From: a virus
Taxonomy: Duplodnaviria; Caudoviricetes
DNA: 61,047 nucleotides
Strand: one strand, 5' to 3'
Virus record (IMG/VR): IMGVR_UViG_3300028198_000003
Location: 1 to 61,047 of that record
The notes under the pieces were generated by a model. It saw only the letters and a program-made list of their open reading frames with translations. It had not been told where the DNA came from and made no database searches. Below are positions 47,044 to 56,508 of this stretch, piece after piece. The position numbers and the translations under genes are program-made. Position 1 is the first letter of the stretch, and each line of letters starts with the position of its first letter.

Positions 47044-48980
47044 AATTTAGCCTTCCTCGTACTACTTGTCTCTATTGCTTTCATTATTGTTCTTTGAAAT
47101 TTAAGCATATCTCTATCTGAGTATATGTTACCATTAACTGTTACGTTTACTGTTACGCCTGAGTCACCTCCACCACTACGTCTTCCCATTTTAGACATAG
47201 GTGTAACCATTTCAGATCCTCCTTCTCCAAATACATATCTTCTACCTGATTTACCGAAACCTCTAACCTCTTCACTTATCATTCCACCAAATGCATGTCT
47301 TCTACCACTATTATTCCTTCCTCCTGTAACTGGTGCTGCTAATGTTTCAGCTAAACCGACTAACTGTTGACCTGTTGACTGTTCACCAAATCCTACAAAG
47401 TCTAAAGCACCTTCAGTCAACCAATCAGGAATACCTATTGCTGATCCACCTTCACGAACACCCTTGTTAAAAGATTTGTAATGATCAGGTGCTATGGCTT
47501 GTATTGCAGTTCCTAATGCGTCTATTCCCAATAACACTTGACCTACTATAGGTATAGCTCTTGTTGCTATTTTTGCTGTTGTTGTGGCTGCTATTTTACT
47601 TACTGCTTTTGTTGCTGCACCTGCAACTGGTTTTGTTATAGGGCTAGCAGCACTTTTAGCTACATTTGCTACTTTAGCATTAGTTCCAAGAGACACTGCA
47701 TTGGCTGCTGCAATAGCTTTATCTGCTAATTTAAGACCACCTTTACCAACTTTTACTGCAAGTTGTGCAGGTAAACTCATAACAGCATCTACTGCCTTTA
47801 TACTTTTAAGTGCAACATTAACAGCTTTTGTAGATGCCTTGATAACGGGTGCAGGACTAGGTACTTTTGTATTTAACCACGGGGTTCTTGGTTTTGTAGT
47901 TTTAGGCAAAGTTGGTGGTGGTTTAGTAGCTGCATTAATTGCTGCCTTACCCTGTGCTCCTGTTAAAGTTTTAGTACCTAAACCTGCTTGTTTAAGAATT
48001 GACTTACCCTGTGCTCCTGTTATAGGAGTTTTAACTTTAGGAGTAGGAGTTTTAACTTTAGGAGTAGGAGTAGGAGTAGCAGTAGCAGCAAATGCCTTTG
48101 GAAATCTTTTAGTAATAATATCTGTAAGAGATTGAATTTTTAACCCTACTTTAGTTGTTCCATCTGGTGTTCCTATTGGAGTTTTATTTGGAGTAAGTGT
48201 AGGATCAAGTTTTCCAACAATAAACTTACCACTTGTTTCTACTGATTTAACAATACCCTCTCCTATATCTTCAATAGCTTTGGTTGAATTATTTAATTGA
48301 TTTGCAGCATTTAAGAACCACGGATATACAGTTTGATAAAATGGTATGATAAACTTTCGTAACAACAATATTAATATTGGTCGCATGAGCATGCCGAAAA
48401 AGTCACCTATAGGTCTAAGTACAAGCATAATACCAAAGTTAAGTAATTTTAACATCTGTTGCATTAACGGAGATGAATCAATGATTTTAGCACCTAATCC
48501 TATTCCTGCTCCTGCAGCACCTATTCCCATTCCTACTGCTGCCATTTTACCTCTTCCAGCAAACATCTTATTCCATTTAGAATCACCACCAAAATTTTTC
48601 TCAAATATTTTATCTAATTTTGAAAACACACCAACAGTTCCACTTTGTTGTAACATACCAAATCTTTTACGTTCTGCAGGATCTTTATGAAATTGTCCAC
48701 CTTGATTTGCTAATGCTTGTTTATCTTTCATGTTTTGGAATCCCATTCCACCTACAGATTGTAACATTGCCATTGCTGTTCCAAGAACTCCACCACCACC
48801 CATAGATTTAGTCATAACTTCTAGCATACGTCTTTGACCTTTCAAAGCATGGTCAGTTTGTAAAGCACCTTGTTTTTGTAACATATAAATCTTTGATTGT
48901 GATGTTGCAACCTCTATTTTTTTTCTTGCTTCAAGTTCAATAAGTTCTTTCTCTTGCTCAAATGAAATTTCTGTTACCAT
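47040..48980 (-). CDS. Tail tape measure protein
   Basis: Position after the tail chaperones; A/G/K-rich helical with hydrophobic segments; HAFGG...GEGGSE...VTVNVTVNG C-terminus. Confidence 0.8.
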   Translation of the reverse strand: MVTEISFEQEKELIELEARKKIEVATSQSKIYMLQKQGALQTDHALKGQRRMLEVMTKSMGGGGVLGTAMAMLQSVGGMGFQNMKDKQALANQGGQFHKDPAERKRFGMLQQSGTVGVFSKLDKIFEKNFGGDSKWNKMFAGRGKMAAVGMGIGAAGAGIGLGAKIIDSSPLMQQMLKLLNFGIMLVLRPIGDFFGMLMRPILILLLRKFIIPFYQTVYPWFLNAANQLNNSTKAIEDIGEGIVKSVETSGKFIVGKLDPTLTPNKTPIGTPDGTTKVGLKIQSLTDIITKRFPKAFAATATPTPTPKVKTPTPKVKTPITGAQGKSILKQAGLGTKTLTGAQGKAAINAATKPPPTLPKTTKPRTPWLNTKVPSPAPVIKASTKAVNVALKSIKAVDAVMSLPAQLAVKVGKGGLKLADKAIAAANAVSLGTNAKVANVAKSAASPITKPVAGAATKAVSKIAATTTAKIATRAIPIVGQVLLGIDALGTAIQAIAPDHYKSFNKGVREGGSAIGIPDWLTEGALDFVGFGEQSTGQQLVGLAETLAAPVTGGRNNSGRRHAFGGMISEEVRGFGKSGRRYVFGEGGSEMVTPMSKMGRRSGGGDSGVTVNVTVNGNIYSDRDMLKFQRTIMKAIETSSTRKAKL

Positions 48981-48993
48981 GATATATAACCTA

Positions 48994-49206
48994 TTACTTA
49001 GATCTATTTAAATTTACACGTTCTTTACGTTGTTCGTCTTTATATTCAGATATAATTGTATTAAGATAGCCTATTGGCTGCGAGTCGACTTGGTCTTTCG
49101 TCCAACCGTATTCCCTTGCGAAGAAGTAGTAGAGATTTCCTGTGCCTCTGCTATATCCTGTCCCACGAAAGTCTCCACCCACTCTTCCAAATATTTCGCT
49201 AAAGGG
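48994..49206 (-). CDS. Tail assembly chaperone -1 frameshift extension (gpGT-like)
   Basis: The -1 frame is open from slippery C CCT TTA (49206-49200) to 48994; YFFAREYGWT..V motif. Confidence 0.7.
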   Translation of the reverse strand, partial: PFSEIFGRVGGDFRGTGYSRGTGNLYYFFAREYGWTKDQVDSQPIGYLNTIISEYKDEQRKERVNLNRSK

Positions 49207-49481
49207 TAGTCTTTCATGACCTCCTTCATGATGGTCTTTGCTACACTTGATTTAAGATTTCTAATTGAAGCAACTTCTTTTACTTTAAAAGGTGCTTTTG
49301 TAATTACTGCTGTTAATATTAACTGTCTATAAAGTGGCAAGTTAACCTTAGGTTCATTTACCTGAGTCATATCTAAACATTGATTTAGAATTGCTTCTAA
49401 TTCACCAAATGTAATATCATCTTCGTATGATACAGTTTCTTTTGTATTATTGTCCCACGGGATCTCAAACGATTTAATCAT
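49071..49481 (-). CDS. Tail assembly chaperone (gpG-like)
   Basis: Between tail tube and tape measure genes. Confidence 0.75.
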   Translation of the reverse strand: MIKSFEIPWDNNTKETVSYEDDITFGELEAILNQCLDMTQVNEPKVNLPLYRQLILTAVITKAPFKVKEVASIRNLKSSVAKTIMKEVMKDYPLAKYLEEWVETFVGQDIAEAQEISTTSSQGNTVGRKTKSTRSQ

Positions 49482-49512
49482 ATATATTGTGTATAATTGT
49501 TATATTAAAGTG

Positions 49513-50493
49513 TTATTGTTCTGCTGTTGCTGCAGAGGTTGCTACTACAGATATGGTCTTTGCTGTCCAACTAATGTCTTCAAATACTGGTTCTACTGGT
49601 TCAAGACCTGAGACACCATGATCATTTATTGCCAATCCTGTCAAGGTTATTACTATTTTTTCAGCAGAAGATTTTTCAAATGTTAATCTAAATTCTGTTG
49701 CTCCTCCACCAACTGTTTCTTGAGGAACTGCTGCTATCTGTGCAAGTAAATCATCTAGTAAATTTTTATTTAACCATGAGGCTTTGAATGAACCAGTTAT
49801 ATCCAAGACTCGTTTGTATGCTGCTGCACCTGAATGACTACCTAAACCATAAAGTAGTTCTGCATTTTGTGTAAGACTTAAACTTGCATCTTGACACTGT
49901 GCAACTAATGCTCCTGCAAAATATAACTCTGCGTGAGCGAATGTATATGGAAATTCTTCTGCTGGTTTTGTAGGTGTTGCTGTCAAGGTTGTTGATGGTG
50001 CTGTTTCTATACCGTAAGTAATATCTGCACTACAGTCTACTAATCCACCTACTGAAGCACTTATGGAAAGTGATCCTACAATTCCACCTTTTAATGTTCT
50101 GACTATATCTGCTGATAATCCGTCATAACCAACTTCTATTTGAATTGTTCTAGCTGTCTTAGGTAGTCCTGCACTTGCAGGATATGTATATGTAAATGGT
50201 GTTGTACCTGCTTTAGTTGGAGATCCTAAAATTGAACCAATTATCCACGGGCTTGAAAGTGTAAATGACATTGAAGCAGATCCTTGTTGTTGACCGTATG
50301 CAAATTTATCTACTGTATTTTGATTAAGTTTAGCTAAATTAACTTTATTATTTGTGAGTGTAAGACTAGACATTTTGTCTTGAAGACCGAATTTTTTATC
50401 TGCTACTTGACCTGAACCAGTTGCGTCTAAAACACCGTAAGTGTCTCCTTCCCAGCCGTATTTTACATATACATGAGCACCAGTTCGTACCAT
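49513..50493 (-). CDS. Major tail tube protein
   Basis: 326 aa; YGWE..YG, ITGSF; position in the tail cluster. Confidence 0.8.
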   Translation of the reverse strand: MVRTGAHVYVKYGWEGDTYGVLDATGSGQVADKKFGLQDKMSSLTLTNNKVNLAKLNQNTVDKFAYGQQQGSASMSFTLSSPWIIGSILGSPTKAGTTPFTYTYPASAGLPKTARTIQIEVGYDGLSADIVRTLKGGIVGSLSISASVGGLVDCSADITYGIETAPSTTLTATPTKPAEEFPYTFAHAELYFAGALVAQCQDASLSLTQNAELLYGLGSHSGAAAYKRVLDITGSFKASWLNKNLLDDLLAQIAAVPQETVGGGATEFRLTFEKSSAEKIVITLTGLAINDHGVSGLEPVEPVFEDISWTAKTISVVATSAATAEQ

Positions 50494-50523
50494 GATATTA
50501 TTTAAACTATTACCTTATAAATA

Positions 50524-50940
50524 TTATGGATTAAGTTTTCTGTACTTCATAACGATGGTATGCCTATAAATATTCCTATATAAATCATTATCATGGTTAG
50601 ATTGGGTTAACATTAGATCCACATAATCAGTTCCTCGTATGTTTGCTTTCACTATTCTAAACACTTCATCTACCAAATTTTCATGATGTTGTAGATTTTT
50701 AAATGAATGTACCTCTATTTTAACATAAATAGTATGTAGAAAATCTTCACCATGTAGACCAAAATATTGTGGATCTTCATTGGTAGGAGTCACTAATATG
50801 AAATCACGCCTATCGTCCATAAAACCAGTGGTTCTTTCTTCCCATACGAAAGTTATATCTGGTTGAGATGATAAAGTCCAATTATCTACAATAAGATTCT
50901 TTGCAGTTTCTGCACTTTGATACATGTTGGAATTACCCAT
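50524..50940 (-). CDS. Putative tail terminator
   Basis: Size and position upstream of the tail tube gene. Confidence 0.55.
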   Translation of the reverse strand: MGNSNMYQSAETAKNLIVDNWTLSSQPDITFVWEERTTGFMDDRRDFILVTPTNEDPQYFGLHGEDFLHTIYVKIEVHSFKNLQHHENLVDEVFRIVKANIRGTDYVDLMLTQSNHDNDLYRNIYRHTIVMKYRKLNP

Positions 50941-50977
50941 ACTTTATATAGATTTTACAAAGTTATTAAGTTTGTCT

Positions 50978-52291
50978 TTATACACGGTCGTCAGTACGAC
51001 TACTCGTAGGTTTTTTTCTTCTACCCTTATCATATCTATTATACCAACCACGAGCAATAGTAGTATTTGCTTTTCTCCAAACTTCATATTTAATCTGTCT
51101 TTCTGTTTGATATTTGGATCTATCCCCACGTTCTTTATACAAATCTGATTTTACTTGTCTTTTATTTTTTCTTGCCTTAGATATAGGTATTTTAGCACCT
51201 GCATTTTGTTTATATTTACCACTCCAACTTGCTGTATTCTGTCCTAAAGCATTAGCATATACTCCATTTGCTATCAAAAACACTGATCTGTCTATAAAAT
51301 TCATTCTTCCTTTTACTGTTTTAATATTTAAGAAATCATCAAATTTATAAGATTTGAAAATACCTGTTCTAATAAACCAGTCTCTAATATTGTTTATATT
51401 TGGAAATTTAGGTGTTTTTATCTGTTGTTGTTTTATCTCATCAATCTCACTTAAAAATTCTTTATGTTTGTCAGATGTTTTTTTCTGAGATTCTATCTCT
51501 TCTTTTGAAGCAACTGTTTCTGTTAGATCAAGATTTAGAAATGCCTCATTAAACTTTTCCAATGCTGCTGTTAATACACTTTGTATTCTTTCATCACTAT
51601 TTTCATCTAAATAAGATTTTATATTACCTTTGAATAAAAAACCTTCTCCTTCAAAAAACTTTTCAACATCTCTACCAGTAAATGATTTGAAATCTTTTTG
51701 TCCATGTTCTGTAGTACTTTGCTTTTCTCTAACATACCCTAAAATGGTTGATGCTTTTTGATCAATTCTTCCACTTTTTGTTTTGATTTTATTAGGTAAT
51801 ATATCTGGTCGTTGTAATTGATGTGGAACTTCTGCATGATATTGTTTTTTTAATGATTCATATTGTGGACTATCAGGGTGGTCTAACTTAACATGTTTCC
51901 AATGAGCCCGTGATATTTGAGGGTGATTACTAGAAAGCCAAGAATCATATCCTATTTTATCCTGAAAATAATACTCAAGAAATTTTGAATCAAGATTTAA
52001 AGTTACATTTTTTACTGATTTCCATACTTCCCCTTCTGTTCCATCTTTTTTATAAGGGGTTTTAGTAGGATCATATAAATTATTATAAGATCCACGAACT
52101 GAATATGTATTATATTCTAATTTAAATGGTACATAATCCAAACCTTGTCCTCTAAACATTTCTAATATATCTTGATTTGTTTGATCTACCAATGAATTTA
52201 TTTTACTTCCAATTAATCTTGCATGCATTACTTTTTTTGTTTTAGAAGTAAGAGATCTATCACCTCTTCTAGATCCTTTAATTCTTACCAT
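50978..52291 (-). CDS. Basic hypothetical protein in the neck region
   Basis: ORF track; K/R-rich termini. Confidence 0.65.
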   Translation of the reverse strand: MVRIKGSRRGDRSLTSKTKKVMHARLIGSKINSLVDQTNQDILEMFRGQGLDYVPFKLEYNTYSVRGSYNNLYDPTKTPYKKDGTEGEVWKSVKNVTLNLDSKFLEYYFQDKIGYDSWLSSNHPQISRAHWKHVKLDHPDSPQYESLKKQYHAEVPHQLQRPDILPNKIKTKSGRIDQKASTILGYVREKQSTTEHGQKDFKSFTGRDVEKFFEGEGFLFKGNIKSYLDENSDERIQSVLTAALEKFNEAFLNLDLTETVASKEEIESQKKTSDKHKEFLSEIDEIKQQQIKTPKFPNINNIRDWFIRTGIFKSYKFDDFLNIKTVKGRMNFIDRSVFLIANGVYANALGQNTASWSGKYKQNAGAKIPISKARKNKRQVKSDLYKERGDRSKYQTERQIKYEVWRKANTTIARGWYNRYDKGRRKKPTSSRTDDRV

Positions 52292-52292
52292 A

Positions 52293-52907
52293 CTAAGGTA
52301 TAAAGAATATTTCTTGTCGATTGTCTATACAGTTTTCAATATCAGCTCTCCAATCTGACTTAGATGCAGATATGTCTACACCGTTTGCACCAGTTGGTAG
52401 AATATCCATTCTGAAACTAGAGTTGATCAAATCTATTGCTGTTAGTTTAATACATGCGTCTTGTATATCATAAGGAACCGTTGGATCTCCATAACGATAT
52501 GTTACTCTTATTCTGTTCTTTCTCATAATTGTAAATATATAACCACGAAAATATAACTTTCCATACTCCCCTTCAAGGTTATGAACTCCTGTATCATTTG
52601 TATGATCAATATAACTGTCACCTGTCCATATTTCTATTTTATCTCCTTCATCGGGATCTAAATCTGCAATCTGTCTATGTTTTAAAAATATTGGTGAACC
52701 CCAACCATAAGAATATAATAATGGTAAATCATGAATTTCCTTACCTGATGATATAACTCCTCCAAAATGGTGTCCTATTCTTCTGTCAAGTTCTTTCTCT
52801 TTCCTGAGGATAATTTTCTCGACCTGAGCCTTATTTGGAGTAGTAGTAGCAGTGATTGGAACACGAAGAAAATCAGAAACATCGGCTACTGTACAGTATG
52901 TGACCAT
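52293..52907 (-). CDS. Head-tail adaptor/connector
   Basis: YCTVADV start; IRVTYRYG..VP.DI..AC. Confidence 0.75.
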   Translation of the reverse strand: MVTYCTVADVSDFLRVPITATTTPNKAQVEKIILRKEKELDRRIGHHFGGVISSGKEIHDLPLLYSYGWGSPIFLKHRQIADLDPDEGDKIEIWTGDSYIDHTNDTGVHNLEGEYGKLYFRGYIFTIMRKNRIRVTYRYGDPTVPYDIQDACIKLTAIDLINSSFRMDILPTGANGVDISASKSDWRADIENCIDNRQEIFFIP

Positions 52908-52940
52908 AGTTTTATAAAGGTTACTTTGTATTTAAATTTT

Positions 52941-53207
52941 CTATTTGAAAACTACTATCCATTCGGCTGCATTAGTCACTTTTAGGAAAATACCATCTTC
53001 TAAACGTCTATTTATGTTAAAGACTGATTGAGTTGATGATCCAAATACCTCAAATTCAACTGTGCCTGCTGCATTAGTACCATTAATTACTTCTAATTTT
53101 GCTCCTGCATGTTCCTTAGTACAATATATAGCGACTATGACACCATGAGATCCTTTTGCCAAAGTATTAGCATTGAAGGAAACAACATTATGATTCTCTG
53201 TACCCAT
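52941..53207 (-). CDS. Small beta-rich virion protein
   Basis: ORF track; position in the head-neck block. Confidence 0.6.
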   Translation of the reverse strand: MGTENHNVVSFNANTLAKGSHGVIVAIYCTKEHAGAKLEVINGTNAAGTVEFEVFGSSTQSVFNINRRLEDGIFLKVTNAAEWIVVFK

Positions 53208-53263
53208 ATTATATCATATATGAGGAATTATATAAACTTTATCAACTATAGAAATACATAGTA

Positions 53264-53327
53264 TTAATTAACTGTTAGCTAACGTATGTAAAGTTAGCTA
53301 ACTTAGCTTAATTAAGTTAATTAACTT
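53264..53327. repeat. Cluster of palindromic TTA(A/G)(T/C)TAA boxes
   Basis: ttaattaa 53264, gttagctaac 53274-53283, aagttagctaactt 53291-53304, cttaattaag 53307-53316, aagttaattaactt 53314-53327. Confidence 0.75.
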
Positions 53328-53350
53328 TATAAAAAATAGAAAAAAAGAGA

Positions 53351-53746
53351 CTAGAAACCTAGTACTCGGATTTTACAGGTCATACTGTTTGTTGCAGTTG
53401 ATGCGTTTGCTAATTCTGCAAATGCTCTTGCTGCTGAACCTTTGGCAGTATGATCTTCACCATAACATTTAATCTTACCTGTTGCTGCTGCATTTGTTGC
53501 AGAAGGAACATATTGCAAAAGTAAACCTTTATTGCCATCGAAGATTTGTGCTCCGATAACAGTACCGATTCTACTACCTAATGAAAGATCTACGACATTA
53601 CCGTTTGTAGCATAGTTATCACCTGCTGCATAGGTTATATCTACTACTACTGATTTCAATTTTGATGTCAGCTCACTTTGTATAGATAGTGTCTTGCCTG
53701 AAAGACTTTTATGTAAGGCATTTTGTGCGATTGTTATTGCCATCAA
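53351..53746 (-). CDS. Putative capsid decoration/minor head protein
   Basis: Y..NG..VDL...ELANAS pattern; near the MCP gene. Confidence 0.55.
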   Translation of the reverse strand: MMAITIAQNALHKSLSGKTLSIQSELTSKLKSVVVDITYAAGDNYATNGNVVDLSLGSRIGTVIGAQIFDGNKGLLLQYVPSATNAAATGKIKCYGEDHTAKGSAARAFAELANASTATNSMTCKIRVLGF

Positions 53747-53775
53747 CTTATATAAAAAAGACTATTATATATACT

Positions 53776-54564
53776 TTAATAACATCTAAAAATATAACTA
53801 TCTGATATATAACACCCTTTAATATGGAATACTGGTACTGGTTTATTCCAACCATTTTCTCCATATATTTTACCAATCATGACTAAATCTAGATATGTGA
53901 CAGATAAAATCTGATTTTCATCAAATGGACTTATTGTTGGTGCCATTACAGATTGTGTGTAACCTTGCATTGACCTGTTTAAGTTAAAATGTGCCAAACC
54001 TAAACCATGTCCAAATTCATGCACTATGATATTTTTTATTGTGTTCTCTGATAAAGGATAACTTTCTTGCACCATGTTAACTGTAGATGTAGATATATCA
54101 TCACCTATAACAATCTTAGTTATGTTTTTTTGACTTTCTAAAAATACATTGATGAACATAAATTTATGCCAAGATGCATTAAAATTTAAACCTGTGTTTC
54201 CTAATGTTTTACTGTTTGATGTTTTTTCATAATTTATCATAATATTACATTGAGGATAATCTAATGCACTTGCAGTTTTATGGTCTTCCCAAGGTATTGT
54301 TTCTACAAGAACAGCCCAACTACCGTTAGGATAAGCATATTCTAATTTTAATATCCATTCTTCTATTGCAGATATTGTTATGTATTTTAACTTATACCAA
54401 TCATATAACTCAGGATTGACCTCAAACAAACAAACATGAGGATTAGTAGCATGTCTTAATTTTAATGAATTATATTTACTATATTCCCCATTTTCTGCAA
54501 ATGAATTTAAAGGTACATTCATGAACAAAACCATAAATACAAGGATTATAACAGCATACTTCAT
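53776..54564 (-). CDS. Secreted metzincin (matrixin/M10-like) metalloprotease
   Basis: Signal peptide; HEFGHGLGLAH; Met-turn SVMAP. Confidence 0.85.
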   Translation of the reverse strand: MKYAVIILVFMVLFMNVPLNSFAENGEYSKYNSLKLRHATNPHVCLFEVNPELYDWYKLKYITISAIEEWILKLEYAYPNGSWAVLVETIPWEDHKTASALDYPQCNIMINYEKTSNSKTLGNTGLNFNASWHKFMFINVFLESQKNITKIVIGDDISTSTVNMVQESYPLSENTIKNIIVHEFGHGLGLAHFNLNRSMQGYTQSVMAPTISPFDENQILSVTYLDLVMIGKIYGENGWNKPVPVFHIKGCYISDSYIFRCY

Positions 54565-54658
54565 ATTAAAATAATGGGTTAAACCTATAAATATATTCTT
54601 AGTTTAGGGAGTTACTTGATATATATCTAAAAAAGTAAAAAATTGGATTTTGGTTTGA

Positions 54659-55876
54659 CTAGAGTTTAATATCTCTGATCTTGCCTTGAGATTTGAAGTG
54701 ACGACATACAGTTTCACCCATAGTTCTGTATACACCTTTCTCAACAAATGCATTGTTGACAAATGGATATGCAGGAGTTCTTCGGGTTGCTTCGTAATAT
54801 TCGGTAGGAATTGCTACTTGGATTCCGATTCTTGGATAACCATAACCTTCTGCATCAGATGTATCTAATGCAAATAGTCTTCCAACTTCAGTGTTACCGT
54901 ATGACGGTGCATCTTTTGTTGGAATGAATGGGACTCCATAGATAGAATCTACGTGAATACCTACTCCAGTGCCTTTGAAAGTTTGGATTCCGTTTACGTC
55001 GATTTGTACTAAGCTCTCACCGTAAGGGTTTGCAACTCTTACAGAAGGCATATACAAGCCTTGGATTTCGGAATAAACTTCGTGGGAACCTAAGAATACG
55101 TTTGGATCTTTACCTGCTGCAATACGGATCTTTCTAAGGAAAGTTCGTAATGTATCATCGGTAAGAACACCATCTGTTCCTATTGCTCCACCAGCGGATT
55201 CTACAGTACAATCAAATTCAGGCATTGCGTTGGTATCTCTATTGATATCAGCACTTGCTGCCCAAGGATTGTAGTGTTTTGAACCTGCACCACCGACAAC
55301 TGTTTCTTCAGCGTTTGAAGAAATAATTCTGTCTAGTGACTCAAAGTCCAGTGTGCCTGCGAAGGCACCACCTGCTGCTGCACCAACCTCTGAATCTTTT
55401 AGCAATGCTCTATTGAGGAATTCTTTATGCTGTACAGCCATAAATAGTCTAAGACTACCTAAGCCTCCCCAAATATCATCTTTAGAGTGTGTTGCAAGCC
55501 ATTCCATTACTTCAGATGCACTGAATGGCAACTGAGCTGTTTTTGGTTTTACATCAATCTCTTTAAGTTGAGGTTTGGTTGTTTCAGCAATTAATCCACC
55601 TTCTGCAGTTCCACCTAATACTGTATTAGAGTTTGTGGTATTAAGGACAGCTTTGTCAGTAATAACCCTCCAACCAGATTTGTCCCAAGGGACTTTTGGT
55701 AGAATACCGAAAGCGTTTGCCTCTAAGTTAAGTTGAGCCCATGCATAAGCACCAAATACGGCATTAAAAGTGCCTGCAGTTGATGTTGTGATTGGAGCGT
55801 CAGCTTTTCTGATGAGGTTTCTATTATATCCATAATAGAGTGCTTCAAGTTCGTCGATTGTTTGGATTTTAGGCAT
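54659..55876 (-). CDS. Major capsid protein (HK97 fold), start MPKIQ at 55876
   Basis: 405 aa following protease and scaffold; GGTAEGG, FESLDRII, IYGVPFI; optimised codon usage. Confidence 0.85.
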   Translation of the reverse strand: MPKIQTIDELEALYYGYNRNLIRKADAPITTSTAGTFNAVFGAYAWAQLNLEANAFGILPKVPWDKSGWRVITDKAVLNTTNSNTVLGGTAEGGLIAETTKPQLKEIDVKPKTAQLPFSASEVMEWLATHSKDDIWGGLGSLRLFMAVQHKEFLNRALLKDSEVGAAAGGAFAGTLDFESLDRIISSNAEETVVGGAGSKHYNPWAASADINRDTNAMPEFDCTVESAGGAIGTDGVLTDDTLRTFLRKIRIAAGKDPNVFLGSHEVYSEIQGLYMPSVRVANPYGESLVQIDVNGIQTFKGTGVGIHVDSIYGVPFIPTKDAPSYGNTEVGRLFALDTSDAEGYGYPRIGIQVAIPTEYYEATRRTPAYPFVNNAFVEKGVYRTMGETVCRHFKSQGKIRDIKL

Positions 55877-55877
55877 T

Positions 55878-56453
55878 TTAATAATACCCTCCGTTTTGTT
55901 GTGTCGTTTCTGGGCTTCCATAATCGCCTGCTAAGATTCTTTTTGCAACATGGGATAGACCTTCATAACCTTGACTTCTTGCGTCTTTCAAAACCATATT
56001 CAATTCTACGTCAGCAGATTTGTTTATGTTTTCAACAGAAGCACTTGGTCTTGGTGTTTCAGTGGTGAAATTGAAATTAGCTTTTTGTTGCATAGCTAAT
56101 CCTGAATCATCACTTTCAGGTTTATCTTGACCAGATTTATCGTCATCTAATCCTGCTTGCACAGAATTGGATTGTAATGTATCTGGTACAGTTACATCAG
56201 CACCAATGTCCTCAGAATCTGATTCTTTTGGTTTGATATTTAACTGTGTTTTTGGTTCTTCAAAGAGAGCTTTTTCAACTCGTTCTTCGAGATTTGCTTG
56301 AGAATCTGACAGAGCTTTTACGTGCTCAGTTAGAGTAGACAAAGTTTCAATTAAAGCTTCGTCAAAAGATTTTTCTTTTGATTCATATTCTTCTTCTTCT
56401 TCTTCGTCTTTCTCGTCTTCATGATCTTCTTTTCTAAGTTCTTCTAAAGTCAT
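55878..56453 (-). CDS. Capsid scaffolding protein
   Basis: Acidic coiled coil between protease and MCP. Confidence 0.7.
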   Translation of the reverse strand: MTLEELRKEDHEDEKDEEEEEEYESKEKSFDEALIETLSTLTEHVKALSDSQANLEERVEKALFEEPKTQLNIKPKESDSEDIGADVTVPDTLQSNSVQAGLDDDKSGQDKPESDDSGLAMQQKANFNFTTETPRPSASVENINKSADVELNMVLKDARSQGYEGLSHVAKRILAGDYGSPETTQQNGGYY

Positions 56454-56508
56454 GTATATTGAATTACATATAACAGGGTTTATAAAGATTGTGGGAACAT
56501 TTATATTG

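Noticed and set aside
55877-55921. TTG-initiated 15-aa N-terminal extension of the MCP in the ORF track
   Set aside because: It overlaps the scaffold gene; ATG 55876 follows the scaffold stop with an SD-like ggaggg upstream.
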